Positions 63,605-64,000 of a DNA stretch of 64,000 bases are shown here, piece after piece. Origin of the DNA: Octopus bimaculoides (Eukaryota); NCBI RefSeq assembly GCF_001194135.2, contig NC_068992.1, positions 56,957,025 to 57,021,024 of the forward strand. Reading direction: 5' to 3'. Below the pieces are notes generated by a model. It was not told where the DNA came from. It saw only the letters and a list, made by a program, of their open reading frames with translations, and did not search any database. Position 1 is the first letter of the stretch, and each line of letters starts with the position of its first letter. Position numbers and translations under genes: made by a program.

Positions 63605-64000
63605 GGCGCGGGCGTGGCTGAGTAGTAAGAAGCTTTCTTCTCAACCACATAGTTCCGGGTTCAATTCCACTGCGTGGTACCTTGGGTGAGTGTCTTCTAC
63701 TATTACCCCCGCCGACTAATGCTTTGTGGGTGAATTTCGTTGACGAAAACTGGAAAAGTCCTTGTGAATTAGCGGTTCGACAAAAGAGTCCAATAAAATA
63801 AGTATTAGACTAAACAAGAAATTAAGCACTGAGATGAAGTTATTCAATAAACATCTACTAGACGGTGTTCCACCATTGGCGCAGTCCACTGAAACAAAGG
63901 CATGGCTGTGTAGTAAAAAGATTGCTTCCCAACGACATGGTTCCGGGTTCAGTTCCACTGTGTGGCACCTTGGGCAAGTGTCTTCTACTATAGCCTTGAG
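63605..64000 (+). mobile_element. Two tandem family B SINEs (second truncated by window edge)
   Basis: ggcgtggctgagtagtaagaagc..gttccgggttcaattccactgcg head at about 63610, repeated at about 63898. Confidence 0.85.

Overview
AT-rich, microsatellite-dense animal genomic DNA. The repeat landscape is typical of an octopod cephalopod short-read assembly, with 16 N gaps that nearly all abut microsatellites. The only supportable protein-coding gene is the 3' part of a + strand metabotropic glutamate receptor-type class C GPCR. Five GT-AG exons with matching phases (21287-21392, 33296-33435, 40269-40600, 44508-45292, 48873-49036) give 508 aa: the end of the Venus flytrap domain, the nine-cysteine domain, the 7TM domain and the C-tail. 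Diagnostic motifs point to the invertebrate mangetout/mXR-like (class IV mGluR) clade rather than groups I-III; the 5' exons were not found in the window. The rest is intron and flank filled with four tRNA-derived SINE families, RLE-type non-LTR fragments (R4/Dong-like, several embedded in (TAA)n, and one HERO-like), RTE and CR1-like LINE fragments, mariner and Chapaev-3 remnants, a MITE and minisatellites. The least expected signal is six minimal type I hammerhead-ribozyme motifs with palindromic stem III (Penelope-like element style) from four sequence families, five of them in the gene's introns. One sense-strand copy at 43291-43348 is structurally near-perfect except for G12A. All family assignments are from recalled motifs, not database searches.
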